A DNA stretch of 64,000 nt from Antedon mediterranea (lineage: Eukaryota; Animalia; Echinodermata): the NCBI RefSeq assembly GCF_964355755.1, contig NC_092676.1, positions 11,757,888 through 11,821,887 of the forward strand, in the 5' to 3' direction. Shown piece by piece: positions 63,337 to 64,000 of this stretch. Each line of letters begins with the position of its first letter. Position 1 is the first letter of the stretch. The notes under the pieces are model-generated. The model was not told the DNA's origin and ran no database searches. It saw nothing but the letters and a program-made list of their open reading frames with translations. The translations under genes were made by a program, and so were the position numbers.

Positions 63337-64000
63337 AAGCCCCTTTCTCACAGAGTTGTGTGCCAGGAATATTGCGGGAATATACCATTACCATGCCGGT
63401 ATGGTTTTCTGTGAGAACGGGTAGTCTTGGCATCATGCCGGCATCGACATGACCTGCTTTAGACCCGCAATGCCAGACGGGCATTCTGTGAGAACGTATT
63501 GCCGTTATATTCCGGGGTTCCCCGTCGAGGCTTTGACACATTGCGCAGTCAAGTGTATCACTTTGGCGCCTATTCAATTCAATTAACAATAATAATGTCG
63601 AACTGGAGGGATAATGAGATAAGAGAGCTGCTTAAAATAAGGGGACAAGAAGAAATTTGTAGCATAATCTATATAGGCCGCTAGGCTAGGCCATTAGCTC
63701 TTTGTTTGTTGGTGCCTGACCTTTCGTCGCCTTGTAAATTGTAGGCCTACAGCCTTCTAAGGTGTTTTACAGATTGCCGATGACGGCAAATTAATTGCTA
63801 TACCTGTATAATATATGCACAATATACTGTACATAGCATGTATTGCATAAATATGCTATAAAGGAAGATAATAATCTGTAACTTAACATTCGCAGCCATA
63901 TCATCGCTAGACAAAAATAATAACAATAAAGGACGCCCTCAATAATTATTTTGTCAGAGACTTTTTATTGGCCGAATATGCCCGACTCCTTTTTCACAGA
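63337..64000 (+). mobile_element. Possible Harbinger-type element with a Myb/SANT-like ORF stub
   Basis: Repeated ttctcacag/ctgtgagaa motifs; MSNWRDNEIRELLKIR resembles a trihelix N-terminus. Confidence 0.45.

Overview
AT-rich eukaryotic (animal, probably marine invertebrate; inference) DNA. One large intron-rich host gene lies on the minus strand. I reconstructed 29 exons by hand, all with phase-1 splice junctions (about 2,080 codons in-window, 3' end off-window to the left). It encodes a predicted secreted mosaic protein: signal peptide, six F-type lectin (fucolectin) domains (the last partial), a 470-codon Gly/Gln/Pro/Lys/Arg-rich repeat exon, four copies of a ~150-aa domain I cannot name, and one kringle. 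Its 3' part is a young ~2.0-kb genomic tandem repeat. The putative 22.6-kb first intron holds a dense (TA)n-anchored nest of Penelope-like retroelements from at least five families, most carrying type I hammerhead ribozymes. The nest also contains a 440-bp hammerhead-bearing tandem dimer (retrozyme-like) and a repeat carrying a 72-nt tRNA-like cloverleaf with an AUC anticodon in five copies. The rest is decayed CR1/L2-type LINEs, Kolobok-like, Harbinger-like, Helitron/Helentron-like and MITE elements, one SINE and microsatellites. No CRISPR, rRNA or prokaryotic features. All calls come from manual reading; no searches were run.
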